Assembly: GCA_002633005.1 (NCBI GenBank)
Contig: NMRA01000046.1
Location: 1 to 64,000, forward strand
Direction: 5' to 3'
DNA length: 64,000 nucleotides
Source of the DNA: Phoronis australis
Lineage: Eukaryota > Animalia > Phoronida
Part shown: positions 1 through 31,445 of the stretch, in pieces
Layout of the letters: each line of letters starts with the position of its first letter
How positions within the stretch are numbered: the first letter of the stretch is position 1
Translations under genes and position numbers: made by a program
Notes under the pieces: model-generated
Database searches by the model: none
What the model was told of the DNA's origin: nothing
The model's input: the letters and a program-made list of their open reading frames with translations, nothing else

Positions 1-230
1 TTCAAAAGAACGGTAGGCATTACAGCTCTATAGTAGCTTTCAAAAGAACTGTAGGCATTACAGCTCTATAGTAGCTTTCAAAAGAAAGGTAGGCATTACA
101 GCTCTATAGTAGCTTTCAAAGGAATGGTAGGCCTTACAGCTCTATAGTAGCTTTCAAAACAATGGTAAGCATTACAGCTCTATAGTAGCTTTCAAAAGAA
201 CGGTAGGCCTTACAGCTCTAGAGTAGCTTT

Positions 231-16315
<16,085 letters not shown>

Positions 16316-19300
16316 CTGTAAAATAATACACAGAATAAGAGCACAACCCAAGACTGGAATTGATCCTCAAGAACAACTTGAGTACTGTAGGAGTCTTTAG
16401 ATGTTCTCCGGCATTTACTCTTAATTACAGGGTGTTCTACTAAACAGTGAGTAGATAAGGATCTGGCTCTGTCATTTCCCTCTCATTCTCAAATATCATA
16501 AATAGGTATTATATTGTCCCAGGTGGTGATTTGGCTTTGTATTATCAACTTGAGAAGGTATATCCACATGGGCATAATTTTTATTTGGTTAGTTCAGTGG
16601 CCACATAGGTCGGTTGCCTACATTCCAAAATGAAAAACTGGGACATCTGGTCTAGGATGTTGCGGCAATGTTTGCGTAGTCACCCCAAAAGCAGCACGCT
16701 GGTGGTATTTCTTTCTTTTTGTTTCTGTCAAGTTTGTGAAGTGAAAAAAGAAATAGGGAAATGGTGTGGAAAAGCACAAAAACGAACAACCAGACACCAA
16801 AACACTAATGGTGTGAACATGTAAGTATCGCGGACATCAAAAAAGGAAATGCTGTTTTTACAAAATGTGTCACTGCCCAGAAATTGAATTATCATTGTCA
16901 GAGTAAATTTTTAGTAGCAGAATGGTTTGGCCACCTATAACTTTACTGTTACTTCTCCTTCATTCTCAGACGGAAGAGTAATCTAGCAATGCATTGGGCT
17001 TCCACCCACCTGTCATGATTGACAATTGCAGGTCATTTTGTCTCAATACTTTTGACATGTACTGTGAGTAACCGCTTGTGAGTACTGCTTTTGATTTTTT
17101 TATTTCCCATCCATGCATTATTAAGAAAATCAGCCAAACATACAGTTTGTTTTGATGGAATAAACATGTAATTTCATGGCCTAGCGCTTAGCATGTCAAC
17201 TCCGCAAATATGACCTGGAAAGATTCCAATGTTGCCAAACAGGATCTCGGGAACTGAGAGGGCCAGGCCTCATTGGCAAAAGCCGAAAATGAAATATACG
17301 AGGTAGCTGACATAAATAAATGGCAAATGTTCGGTGCACCAAAATTGTGAGGCTGGAATCTTTTGGTTTTTGCTCCAATAAAAAAATTGAAGTGTCTCAC
17401 CTGTTCATTTGATGACCACGAGAATTTCAACCTCTAGGCCCAATATCATATACAAAGGCTCAACTCGTGAGAAACACAAAAACAATCGCATCCTTCTGAT
17501 TTTCACAGAATGATTCCAACTTCCAGTCATTTACTTTCAGTAGTAACTTTGCTTAAGTACTTATGGATATGGCTGGGCAACTTCCTGGTGACCTGAGATT
17601 TTTACCAGGTCGCCAAACAAAATCTGAGGTCTCTGTAGGTCACCAAATCAAGCAGTGAATTAACTAGGACAATACTGCGATGCCTGAGATTTATTTACTC
17701 GGAACAAATGCATACATATGAACTGCTAAATGTTTTAAGCTTCTTTGCCACATTGCTTTTTGCATAATTGCCATGCTTTTTGTCTTTGTTGTAATAATCC
17801 TTTTCTCATTAAATGCATTCGTACATGTAAAACAAGACACTGCTAATTGTTTCTATGAAGCAGCAGTACAAACTAAGAGTGAAGAGCATCATTTACAGTA
17901 TTTCACCACACTGGCTATTTATGAAACAATATGGTGGACAAATGAAAGTTCATTGTTTCATTTTTTTCATAAGAAAGCAGGCGCATCCAATAAATGCTTA
18001 ATCAGTTTTACAAAAGTGCCATACCATAGCTATTACAAAACAATGTTCTTTGAAATTGTGGGCATTCACAACTCAGCATTTGACTGCTTGACAACTAAAA
18101 AGGGCAACTTGTACCCAAAGTTGTTGAGATTTTACCATCAGTTGGCCCAATAAATCCCATTAGTTGGAAAAGCTTGTCGTTAAAATGAAAATGTTGTCAC
18201 TGTTTACTGTGTTCGTATGAAGCAGAGCTGTGATATGCTTTATTTTTCCAAACATGTCTATGGTAGAAGTATATAAAGTTTGCCACATTTGTATTAGGAT
18301 CAAAACCATTTAGAGTAAAGACAAAAACATAGTTTTACAGCTTTTTCATGTGAAATTCCTCAGCTATTCTTCAGCCATAGTTAAGAACAAAATAAAGTCC
18401 TTTTGAGGACATAACTAAATACCATGTAGATACTTCCTTCCCTAATCACAATTACAAATTACTTAAACTTTGTAGCAAAGTCCTGATGAGCATATCTTAC
18501 TAACGACAATTTGTCAAAACATTCAGTTGTCATGAATTTCATCTCTGCGACAAATGGATACCAGTGACTATTAGCTATAAATTTTGATGTGGAGAATTAA
18601 GTTTTACCTGCAAATTAAGTACTATGCAGAGACAAGTTGTCACCAAATATTTCTCAGATGGTGTCAAAACATACAAAATGCCCAAGATCAAATTTATGTA
18701 ACATGATCATAAAATACACATAGCTATGTCCCTAAATCCAACTGCTGATATATAGTTAAAATAAAAAGAAAATGTCTACAATTAAAATAACACTTATTTA
18801 CCTCAAACTTCATCACCAATGGCAAATGTCCAATTTTTTTCATGTTGCATATCAGTTGCCTGACTTCTTTCAAAGTTACACACACCTATGAGGCAGGTGA
18901 TTGCTACTGCTGTCTGGAGAGTGTCAACAGATCCACCTAATTAAAGTTTTAGACCTGCACCACACAAACCAGAACACTCTATTGGTGGAGAAGAACCAAT
19001 ATCCTGCTAGAAACATGTAGTGTGGTCTTTCAAGAAACTGACCTCTATAAATTAATGATTCGTGCTCTTCTAGGAATGACCTGTCAGTCTCCTACACAAT
19101 GGAATACTTAGATAACAAATCAGGCACTACAATGTCAAGCTCAGGCCTGCTGTCCCTAGAGCCAAGTTTCTTAGAACAGTGAGATTATCTAAGGGCTGTT
19201 CTTACCCCTAGAACCCACACACCACGACCACCTTGAACCATGACCTCTCGACCTCCTTGACTCACCAACTCTTTACCCACAACACACTCACTCTACAGTA

Positions 19301-20911
19301 TCATTTATGATTTTCACAAATTTCATAAGCTTTTAGAATTGAGCAAGTACTATCCAATGGAACTACCATCCTACACAAATCTGTCAATTTATCGACCACT
19401 GGTCAAAAACTGAACGTACAGTAGCATCAGAACGTGAGTTGGAAGCTGTTCTCGACATAACTAACACAGTTTATATATATTTACATGTACAGTGTATACA
19501 TGAGACGTTTGGCCTTCTCACACTCTCCTAAAATAGTTTGATGCTGCTATTCACTCAAGAGCTGGACCGACATGATTTTCGCTTTCAGAATTAGTATTTC
19601 CAACACGAGATGACTTGTAAGGTTGGCAGGTAACGTAACTTGCGGTCTTCTTACCAGCCAGATACAGCAAAGGTAAGTCAATAACTTGATCTGTCTTTTG
19701 TGTATCCTAAGAGGTGGGTTGAGGGCTGGGGGTGTGGGACGAGAACAGACTAGCTTACCAGCGAGATCTTTGTGTCTGTGTTACGCATCCCAGGTGACCC
19801 ATGCTCACAGGTGAGATAGAATAATGACAATCTTCTACAAACCTCACTTGGAATCAGTTGTAATATTAATGGATTAAATACTACAGGCAATTTGCCCAAT
19901 GACTAATGGGACTAAAATATTTGTAAACAACCAGCAGCAATAGTCTTTCTTCTCAGAATATATGCTTTTATACTATATCTTCTAGGAATCCAGCCATTGA
20001 TTACCCTTATAAATGCACAGTTTGGGTTTTATGAACAATGCACTTGTTTATTTGGCCTCCACTTTGGAGCAATTGCCCTGTGGGAACTTTGATGGAGAGA
20101 GAGATTATTTAAGATGGAGGACTTTACATAGTGATACATTCTATAATTCACAGCAATATCAAGTGGCAAGTATTTGGATATCTTAAACTGTTTAACTGAA
20201 AGGAAAAAATAGCACTAACTAAATGGTACTACTACACCCACAAAACATTTATAAAATAAAACTATACATAAACTAATCATTGTTGTAGGTATTTACAACC
20301 ACCCTACAATTTATTGGAACAAGGCGTCCACAAAAGGCTTCGAAAAGTATGTACAACGAATTCGATCAGGTCAAAAACACACTTAGTAGCAACTTTGAAA
20401 ATGACTCAGGTTGGAAATGTACAAAAAACAAAAAATGAGTGACTTTAAACCAAACCAAGGCAAAATTAGATAATTACATTATTCAAACTTTGTTAATTCT
20501 ACACTCTAGCGTCGTTTTTATTTTCAAGTTCCTGCTCCTAATTTGGCCAAAAACTAATGTTTTTAACAATGGGTTTCAAAGATGGTACAGCCAAAGCATA
20601 GGGCTTTAAAAATTAGTAATTTTGTTGAAATGATTTTTTATTTGAAAATGTATTTATTGACTTCCCCAGTTTGTCATTTCTACAAAATGGTGATCATATA
20701 AATCTTTTGAAATCAAGTTAATGAAAAGTGAAAATGGCTCCCAGAAAAATCATAATTGCAAAACTTGAAAAACTTGCTAAGCCGCAATTCATTTTTAACT
20801 TTATATTTTCTAATAAACGTGCTCATAGCATGCAGCAGGACTGACCATGTGCACAGTATATTATAAATAGCAGCCACCTCTTGATCAAAGTATACGTAGA
20901 ACTATAATTAC

Positions 20912-21364
20912 CAGAAATGATGTGACATTGACAGGATGAAATGATCCCACAGATCCTTTTACAGCTGCACTACTGTTGTAATGCAAAGGAGTAGCATGAC
21001 AGCTTGGAGAAATCTTTGACTGTCCATTTAAGCAACCACACCCATTAGATGGGCACCAGTGTAGCACCAATGGAAAAACATCAGTAGTTCTTTCAGTCTC
21101 AGTAACATTATAGAGATTGTCTAAACAATCTGAGCATGAGTTAGTCGCGTTGCAGTATCCACTGTCTTTCTGCTTTGTTCTTTCAAACTCCAATTTCTGA
21201 CTGACTCTTCGTGAATTCCGCTGAGGTCTGAACTCCGAAACAGAAAATGACGTGTCAGAGGATAAGCAAGCAAAATATCTGCCTGCTCTTGTCTGATAAC
21301 CTGATTTGACATGATGATGATAATCGGTCTGGCCATTTGGCTTGCAAACAACAGCAAACCACAT
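20912..21364 (-). CDS. Candidate alternative first or N-terminal coding exon of DYRK4 (MWFAVVCKPNG...VNVTSFL, 151 codons)
   Basis: Long open frame in AT-rich intron DNA ending at CTG|GTAATT in phase 0, compatible with the 16315 exon. A possible acceptor (tacAG) also lies at 21368-21367. Confidence 0.5.
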
Positions 21365-24300
21365 ATCTGTATATTTACCAGCTTGAACTTGACTGCTTTC
21401 AGCCCATCAATAGTTTATAACTGAGACAAGTCCAGCACACTGGGCAACACGGTATGTAGACCTAAACAAAGGAAGTGCATGAACCAGCCAACATAGATGT
21501 GCCTGTTCTCCAGATAAAGTTTGTTACTCATAAGATGATCATTTCAAGTATATCAATCCACACTACACAGCAATCCCCTTGAAATCAATTAGCACCTGTC
21601 TCCAGTAGAGGGTCATATTAACATCATATCAACCAGCTCAGATGATAATTAAAAGCATCAACAGCATGATTTCATCCCAATGATGGCTGATAGAAAGTAA
21701 ACCTTCACCCTTGGAGACTGTTATTACCATGGAGTTAATGTGCAATATGGCTTTACAGAGTGGAGCCTACACTATAACCTTGTCTGTGAGCAAACCACAA
21801 GTTTGCCCCCTCATGATTAAGCTGCCTGGATTTCAGTACACGTTTGCATGTATCAGCTGTTTTTGACTCGGTCCAGTACAAGCTGACACCATGTGTTCAC
21901 CTCAGTCAGCTACATTCAAACCAAAGCAGTTGTCGTGAAGAGAAAGCTGTACAGCCTTAACCCTACCCATGCACAAGAACCCACAGCTGACAAGAGTGCA
22001 GTCAGTCTAGATAGCTAAGTAATTGTTAAATACCTCTACCCTGGGACAGTGGTCAAGCTGTGTCCACATCAACAAATATCAGTGGGAACCTGATTACTGG
22101 GCATACCTATGACCAATCACAACATTGTCAACCACCACCAATCTTACAAGGGATTAGGGCAACCAGGCAAAACAAAAGGTGTTCCCTTTAAAGTGCTGCC
22201 CTCCCCACTACCCAGGCATTCAGTCCAAGAAGGGATTTTTTCATTTCCACTATTTACCGCGTTAAAATTGGTCTCTGCTTGTTTCTTACTCAGGGTGAAA
22301 AGTCATTTCTGGTTCGTTTTTGGCTCGTAGAACATGCCGGTGACAAAAACTGGTCTCAAACTATCAGTCAGCTCTTTTTAGGCCTTGAAACGGACTCTGA
22401 TTTGATGATGAGCGATTTGCAATCAATTTCATAATGGTAAATCGAAAGTTGTATTTTTTTATATTGGAAGACAGGCTTATAGCCACTTAAGTATTGTTGC
22501 TAGAACTTATGACTTTGAAAATCCCGGCCGGCTATGCAAAGATATTGCGGCACTCATAACATTAACTACGTTTAAATGGGAAAATCAAATACTGATAACG
22601 TTATGACATGTATGGAAAAATTAAGACAGGAGCAGCTTTGCGAACATTTTGTCCCGTCGCAACATATTTCCATGCCTCACTGAAAAAGATATATTTATAC
22701 AGGAGCAGTTTTATTTGAATAAATGTGGAGCAGCTACAAAAATATAGCTTTAAGAAATTGTACTGTAGATCTTCACATTGCACAAACTTCACATTGCACA
22801 AACTTGAGATGTATATTGACAGGCCATGAACATTCAAGTTGAGGTTTTACTATTTGGAGCAGTGTGCATTTTGTAATTACTAGCACTAACTATTGTAAAC
22901 CCTATTACCATAGATTCCGCTAAACCATAACTTTGAAACACACATTTTTACAATTAACCCTAACCTCAAAGAAATCAGAGAATGATTCAATGGAACCATA
23001 CACTTTATATAACAAAACTGCATAAATTTGTTCATCATCATCATCTAAAACTTACATGCCTATTTGTAACTGAGGTACCTTCAACATGAACTGAAGAAAA
23101 AACTTACATTTTTTAGTATGAGAGGTGTCTGTTGTCCACAAGGGGGTGCTGCCCACAGCCAGCTGTTTGTTTTGCTCTTTCTTAAGACTATTATATTGAC
23201 AAACATACACATAAAAGCATGTTAAACATAAGAGCTTTGATACAGTGCAGATGGACATTTAAATGTTCCTAAATACCCACTGAGTTGTGAAACATATATA
23301 ATGACAAGCTCCGCTCTTAAAATTTAAACATTAGTGGCTGAACCATTAGATTAAGAGGATTCAACCCCTTAACATCTTCAAAGTGCAACCAAAACAAAAA
23401 TGAACACTATCCTATTTGAATTTCTTCATCAAATAAGTTAAACACTATTGTAAACTTGCAAAAGTTGTAATATCGATTTAAATTCTAGAAATGTTATCAC
23501 TTGCACAACATAAGTGCAGTTGAGGGGAGTTTTCAAAGCATTCATAAGGCCTATTCAAATTATGTCATTAACAACAGAAGCATACTGGCCACCATACAAC
23601 TATTTGTTTATTATAACTGTATGATTATATTCACAAGTCAGGCCCCTTAGTAACAAGCCATTCTAAGCACAGGCAGTCATGAATGGCTTCCTGGTCAAAC
23701 ATCACTGATTAGAAATCAGATATAGCAACATAATTACTTTAGTTACAGCACAAATGTTAAACATTACTTAATCACTTTTTAGGCAAGTATGATTTGTTAT
23801 CTCAGATCAGATTGTAGCCTGATCACATAACACCTTTGAGATACATCACAATACTCTTAATGAAAAAGTTATATATTTAGCAAGTCCATGGCTGATGATA
23901 TCTTCAGAAAGTGATGTTATGTTGCAAAAATGTTAGACATGGTTGAAACTTTTTTTGTTAGACATCGTTCAAATGAGAAGAGAAACAGTTTAAACATGTT
24001 CTACTCTAATCTGACAGCATTAAAAACAGGCAGTAAAAACAGTAAACATATATATATACATATATATTTGAGATATTACCTGTATGTAAAAACAGATACC
24101 CATGGAATAAAGACTTTTATGTTCAATGATTTAAAAATTCTTCCAAAATATTCCTTTTTACTTTACTTATATTAACATGTAATAATGATAAATAGTCTCA
24201 AAAACATGCACATATCGGCCCTAAAACTGACACTGTCCCTTTAAAGTCCCTTTCATACTAACGCAGACAAAGTTAACAGCTCCAGTTAACTTCGCAGTTA

Positions 24301-25643
24301 ACAGGTTGATTTAACACTGGAGCGTCCACTCTGAGGTGCAGTATGAACGGTCAACTTCAGTCCCATCGAAATTATCATCAGGCTTCACTGTTATTGCCAA
24401 CAATTAAAGGGCAGTGTTCGAATAATCACCAATTGAATTAGAAATAAGTTTCATGTCAATTAGCACATGTAAATGTGTATCCAATAATTAGACATTCATA
24501 AGCAGTAAGATCTTACCAAATTCAGACATACCTATTTACCAAAACTGTCCTCAAGGGCTTCTAAAAGCCAATCATGAGAATGTTCTGATTGGTAACTGTG
24601 GTACAAACATTGAACATTGAGAAACAACTGAAGATTGAAGCTACACTGATAATATGTTTTCTGCAAATGTGATAAATTAAGATTTCATGCGTCTGTCATT
24701 TTGTGTCCTAAATTGGTAAGGTCCTAAATATGTCATCTTGTGTTTGGTCATATGTTCATCAAGCTCAGTTGACTGAACCAGAAAAAATAGTCACTTGGTA
24801 TTTAAAAAATGTCACCTATCTTAAAACACAAAATGTTTTCATAAACAAAAACTCTACAAATGTTTTACCATTCCAAAGGACATTACTGTAACTAACTATC
24901 CTGAGAAAATCTGTAACAAAATTAGAACCCACGTAAAAATTGACGAATTAAAATAAAATTTTATTATTTTACAATACAAGACAAAAGTAATCAGACAAAA
25001 TACCCTTCCCTATTATGACGACTAGTTCTGTTAACACCAAAAACAAGTAATTACTGGTTATAACTATAAGGCTGACGGAATTCTAATTACACAATAGCCT
25101 AGCCACCGTCCACTTTCCTGTTAATTATACCATATTCTCCCTTGGTTACTACTGACCATGTGTCATGTCTGGGGGAAGGTGAATTCCTAAACATTTTGTC
25201 TGAACACTTGGCAAGTAATTGAGTACAATTTCTGCCTTACAACAATGAACTACTATCCAATCAAACAGCACCATTCTGAGTTGTGATACTACGGCACTGT
25301 ACTGTGTACAGCATAATGGTACCAATAGCTTCACCTGTTTCTTTACATAAAACAGAAATCAAAAGGTCTGCGTTATGTCAAAAGCATGAATATCATGAAA
25401 TGCTTTGTTGGCCATTCATGTGGATTTATAGAAGAATCGTTTATAATAAAAATGACACATAATTTTCAAATTGGAATGAATAATTAATTATCATTTCAAA
25501 AAATTATCAAAAGTTGGTTGAAAAGGAGTACATTTTGCCAGTTTTAACATCTACTGTAACTTGTGCCTCAAATTTAACACAAGTTGGAAATGACCAATTC
25601 TGATAATTGCATTGCAGTGTATGGTTATGATTAAAGCATGTAT

Positions 25644-26523
25644 TACTACATTTTATACCACATTATTAGCGTCAAATGGCAGATACAACCGTGTAATAAC
25701 CCATAAAGTTATCTCACTAGTGAGATAACGATTTGGCGGGAAACCGAGGACGGGGTCGAACCCGGGACCCTAATATTGCTGGTCGCCGACTTTACCACTA
25801 CACCACGCAGCGACTGACGTAATCAAGAGTGAAAATAGAATACTTAAATGAGCACGCGCAATAATCGCACGCTCAACAAACCGCATTGTACTGTACTTAT
25901 ACGCTACGAAAAATAAGACACATAATTTCCATAAAAATGATATCTTAATTCGGTGAAATTTTTCTCTCATGTCCTCTTACTTGTAAATCACCGATCTCTA
26001 CTTTGAATGCGGGTATCGTGTCGTCAGGATCTTTGACTTGAGAATTATATTCAGTTACCAGTGGTAACCTACTTTAGCAGACGATAATTTCCCGGTCGAA
26101 GCTTAGCGTGAAAAAAACGTGTTTTAAGCTATAATAGTTGGTAAACCTTAATTTATAAATTCAGTTTATTTCTATAATATTTAAGTTTTCAATTGGTGTT
26201 GAGTACAAGCATTATTTGACAAAAATAGCCGGGCTTTTCTTAAAAGGTCACGACCTCCGACCCCGGGCCTCTGACATAGAAAGTAGTTACAAAGCCCTGG
26301 AGAGTCAGAAAAGGTAAATCGATTCATTGCAATGTTTCTCGTTTAGTATGTGGTATGAATAGATTATTACATGTTCTCAGCCGTTATCACCCTTATCTAG
26401 AGCCCTCGTGGATTTTGGAGAATTTTCACCCTCGGGGCTAACGCCCCTCGGGCGATAATTCACCAAAATCCACTCGGGCTCTAGATAACGGGGGATAACG
26501 ACTTCGCCATGTAATAATCTATA
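25644..26523. mobile_element. Hairpin-ended non-autonomous element carrying a tRNA-like segment; paralog of 63150-63910
   Basis: 25902-26523 is collinear and highly similar to 63293-63910; terminal ~160-bp palindrome agattattacatg...catgtaataatct; left end ataccacat is inverted relative to atgtggtat. Confidence 0.75.
25742..25812 (-). pseudogene. Degenerate tRNA-like / SINE-head Pol III unit
   Basis: Box A TGGTGTAGTGG and box B GGTTCGACCCC with tRNA-like spacing; acceptor, anticodon and T stems are imperfect, so not a functional tRNA. Confidence 0.65.
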
Positions 26524-26823
26524 TTTATCTCTTTCAACTTCTCCCTACTCAAGAGTATTTTCGTAAGAAATTCTATCTCAACAAGAGTATGATACTATAC
26601 ATACAGAGTTAGAAAAAGATGGGAATCTAAAAGCAAATTAATGAGTGAGATAGTGAAGACAGACAGAGGGCGCCACAGGAAATGCATTCGGATGCCAAAA
26701 AACAGCACTATTGGGGTGATGCAGACATTTTGCATTGCATAAGTGTTAATGTGGCCCCTAACTAGTGTGACTGTGATAGATTCACCACTTGATAGAGTGA
26801 CTGTCTACATGAATGAGTGTAAT

Positions 26824-27165
26824 CAGGGCCCTCATTCATCCGAGTAGAAAGGTGCCTATGCCTTCTAAAATGGGAAATTTTTGAGGTGAGGGGAACTCTA
26901 CCTCCCAATCACCATCAATGACACCCCCACCCTGCTGCAAGCCCTCATAGGCTTTGCCTCAAATAGCTAGGCAAGACTAACATTTAGTGCTCTTTCAAAT
27001 TGTCACCTGTGTGGGTTAAAAGTGATTCGAAACCCAAGGAGAATTTTTCAATCACTCGACAGGAATTTTTGGGTCTCAAAAGGGGAATTTCACATGATTT
27101 TTCAATATTTTCAGTGGGGAATGGAACCGATATTCGTACCCAAAATCGAGGGATTGAGGGCCCTG
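26824..27165. mobile_element. MITE with 5-bp TSD (hAT5-like)
   Basis: TIRs cagggccctca / tgagggccctg; GTAAT on both sides. Confidence 0.8.
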
Positions 27166-30100
27166 GTAATGTTTCTACGCAATAATATTACACCCTATTT
27201 GATATGTTGGATATCACAGTTACTGCACAGCTGCACAACATGGATGTATGATAACTAAAACTGCATACGTGAATTTGTCATAACTGATTTCAAATGAAAC
27301 ACAAGACACCAACTAAAACAGTTTCAAAAATTAAAATGCATTCACTAAACTGCAACCATACCAAATATTAAAGGCTTATCATACCAACCGTGTAACTAGA
27401 AGAGCATTGGTGTTAAGTGTGAGCTTTTCATACAGGCTCAAGGTAGTTAGTGGACATAGAAGTAATCACAGTTTGATGTATGGGACATCCCAGTTCTTGC
27501 AAAATGGCAGTTCGAAAATACTATACAGGCGTAATTTTTTAAAATTTGAAATATCGTATAGATGAACGAACACCAAATGAAATGAAAGACTTATAGTGAT
27601 AGAACATTCAGTATTAGGAAATATAATATCAAATAATGCCACAACAAAATATGCCGTTACTGACAGCGACACCGGCCAATAACTTCCATGTTCACCATTC
27701 ATAGCACAACAAAGTGACAATGTTCCAGTGTTAAATCCACTTGCACTGTTAAGTTTGATGTAAGACCACAGTTTACCATTCTCAAAAACATCAAGGGTTG
27801 GAAGTTGATAATAAAAGCCCTTAAGACATCCAATACTATAACAAACTAATTTACACCCTACATTGCATGGAAGGCTGGTGTATGATTTGTATAAATTTGG
27901 TGATATGAGCACAAGATAACCCAACTACATGTAGAAGTGGACTAAATGACATAAGCACTAATGGATGAGGTATTGTATGGTCATCAGACAATTGGCAATT
28001 ACCACATCAGAGGTGTCACTTAGTGCCATTCTGAATATAAGTTTTAGTGAAATTGATGTCACCCACTTCAAGATCTTTTCACTAATCAATTTTGTTGATG
28101 GCACGGACCATTTTGTATCGCCTTGGGCTAATCTTATTATTCATAAAATGTTATTGTCCTAATAATATATTTTGCCATCAAAGTCTAATTGCTACTTATA
28201 CACCAGCCTACAAAACGGGGGTACAGTAAAAACACTACCAAAATAACGGAGATCATAATGACTTAAAAGAAGTTTGAAAATAATGAGCCATAAAAAGCAT
28301 TTCTCATCTGTCAGTTACTAGCCCACCTAAGTTGTGTAAGAAATGCAAACACAGAAATTAGATAATGAAATGTCAAATCATTAAAACAAAAAAACTACCA
28401 GTAATTGCCTTGGTGAGTAACCAAGAGCTACAGCACATTACATGTCACCTGACCACAATATGACACTCACCACAAATGAATAAGGAACAGGTAGTGTTGG
28501 TAGCTCCTTTCTCATGTTTACTGTGGTAGGTAGTAAACATCCAACACAGAATTTAGCCAAACAACATCCTTCACTTGTGCTCCAGTTCAACAGGTCACTC
28601 CTAAGACTATTAAGAGTCAATATCTATCTCCATGACCAGCTGACCAGTCAGACTAACAACCACCAACATTAGAACTAGACTGGACTCTTGTTGAATTTTT
28701 CAAAAGTTTACACTAAAGCTTCAATCAGCTTCAGTTCTAGCTGGAGGGGCTCATTGAGAAATCTTTGTCCCCTTTATGACAAGAGCTGGATTAGTGAATA
28801 AACCATTTTGTAACATTGTTTGGTACTGGGGTGGTTGTCCATTGTTCCATTTTAACCAGTGTGTGTAAATGTCTTGAAAAGGTTCATTGACAAGCAGATT
28901 AGTTGCAAGCCTTTGCCATATACATGATTTGATTTGTTATTTGCCTTTGATGTAGAAAACACTCATGCATCATGCCAACAACAAAAAGACTTTGGTACCA
29001 TATATTTTGATTGTATGAATTTTTGTAAACAGTTTTAACCTAATTTCTGTTGTTTCATAATACAATTCACCTGTGCCAGCAACAAAGGTAAGTGTGCCTT
29101 GCTGCACAACAACACTCCAATTAACTGTTGCAACAGTTTCTTAGGGGTTGCCTTACCGAAAATGACGTAAACAAAGTCAGTAAAACAGTGACCTTTTCAA
29201 AAATTATTTAATGTTTCTCATGAGGAGTTACTATACAATCATCCATTTAAATGTCTACATGTACTGAATTGTGATAATCTCTGCACCACATATGAGCCTT
29301 CTTGCAGTTTTCAAATTAGAAATGTACTTGAAAAGAGTTAAATATTTCCATTTAATTTGCTTAAAGTAACTTTTGAAAATACCTGGATACTGGGCTGAAA
29401 ATTAATAATTCTTCTAAACTGATAAAAAATAATTAGAACTGTACCCTTTACAGAACTGCTTTGCAGTATTCCATAAATGAGATTTGTGGACTTTAAACTG
29501 GCAGACTTGTATGTTACAGAATCCTGTTCTAAGCGAAATGCTGCAGTTAGAAAGATAAATCACTAAGAGCTATAGATACAATGATGTTGATATTTTTTGG
29601 CAAACCGTCACATACTGCGAGTCATTTATATCCATAGGATATATGCAAATATGATATCCATACACAGTTCTGTGAAACACCCATGATTTCTTTAAACAAT
29701 TAAGAAATACAAACTGATGGTTTTTTTAAATAATGACTATGCTTTCATGATGGAATGATAAAACTTTGAAGTTGTCAGAACTGCCTATTAATAAAACAGC
29801 ATTGAATTTAATTGATACCACTAAAAAATAACAATATGTTATTGATATCATGACTAAGAAAATATCAATATCATATTATATGGTTAGTTGTTACTAGTGT
29901 GTAATTACTGTACATTATCAATATTGCTGTATTACTTCTATTAACATTAAAGTTAGGCCTGCTTTATAACATTATTTCGCTAAATAACATGTCGTTCTAC
30001 AAGTCTCAGGCTAACTAATTCTGTATACAAGTTCATTTGGTTATTTCAAACTTCAGTTAAACAAACTTTTTAGAATAGTGCAGTAAGGCTCACTGTAGGT

Positions 30101-31358
30101 CAGGTTGACTATATATCATCCAGTGTGAATAATAACAATCATCATCACCATACATATATATATATATCCTCGAGTATCCCAAATAACAGACCTACCAGTA
30201 CCAACTGACATTTACTTTAATTCTTACTATAAATTACTTGTTCTATTCAGGACAAATTGAAGACGAGTAAACCAGGTTTGTCTGGTTCATTTCTATAAGG
30301 CCAATTCATAAACCAGTTATATTCTAAAATCAGCATAACTTGTAAAGGTATATTTGCATATACAATGCCATCCCTCAACTATCCAAGGGATTCTATCAGG
30401 GATGCCAACCTCAAATGTTTTTAGAGGGTGAACACGAAGATGTACAGTGTGAGTCTGATGCTCAATGAGTGAGACAGTGGCAGGCTTGCCATATGAAACA
30501 GGCTATAGTGACTTTCAATAGATACCCGGAATTAAACTAACAGCCCCCAAATATCGGCACAAGATCCTACATTTTTTCAACTTTCAAGATTCTGTGACGT
30601 TGTGAGTGCCCACACTTCTAAATTTTCCATTTCTAGGCCCCAGTTTCCAAAAATACACCATGTAAAAATATGTCATTTCCAAATATACAGTAAAATTTCA
30701 ACAATTTTGGACAAAACAATTTCCAAAAATTGTCCTTTCATCATCTTTCAAAAGTTTGTAGGATTGTTGTAAATGCCCAGTTTCTCAAAACAAAAATTGC
30801 CTAAAGTTTAGCTATGTTATATAAGACTTCATTTTGTACTACCGCTTCACTTTTATGAAAAAATGGGAAAATAAAAATTCATTTATCTGCCAAATTGTGT
30901 CCTAAATTAGTGATTTTTTACATTACACCAGGGGGCTTACTGTTAGAAATTCCTGGTAAATAACAACAAAAAGCCACAGAATTTTTCAATGTCGGCCATG
31001 GAGATGGACTACTTTCATAGCACTGCACCCAACCCGTTGAATTTTGAAAGCAATTTTGTTTGCAATAGAACACCTGTAACCTCATATCCAAAACATTACC
31101 ATAGTAACTTCAATATGCAGGTAAGAAGAAAAAGTAACCAATGCATACACACCAAAATGAATGCAATAGTAAAATTCTTTTGTCCGTAATATAATAGAAA
31201 ATAATTTAACGATAGTAATATTTCAGTCACACGCCTGTAGTACAGTAAATCTGAAGTCAGTTAATTTGAAGGTGCCTACCTTAAGCGTAGCATGTATGAG
31301 ATGTAGAGCCAGTGATGTGTTTTCTTGCATCTCCTCAACTCAACACAGAGCAGTACTG

Positions 31359-31445
31359 CACTACCAGTTATAGCACACAAACCAATCATGTGACAAATAT
31401 CACTACCAGTTATAGCACACAAACCAATCATGTGACAAATATCAC
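31359..31445. repeat. 42-bp tandem duplication
   Basis: cactaccagttatagcacacaaaccaatcatgtgacaaatat x2. Confidence 0.9.

Noticed and set aside
25742-25812. Functional tRNA gene
   Set aside because: T-stem, anticodon stem and acceptor stem do not pair properly; kept only as tRNA-like.
27466-27924. 152-aa minus-strand ORF
   Set aside because: Non-ATG start, no recognisable domain, composition typical of AT-rich intron.
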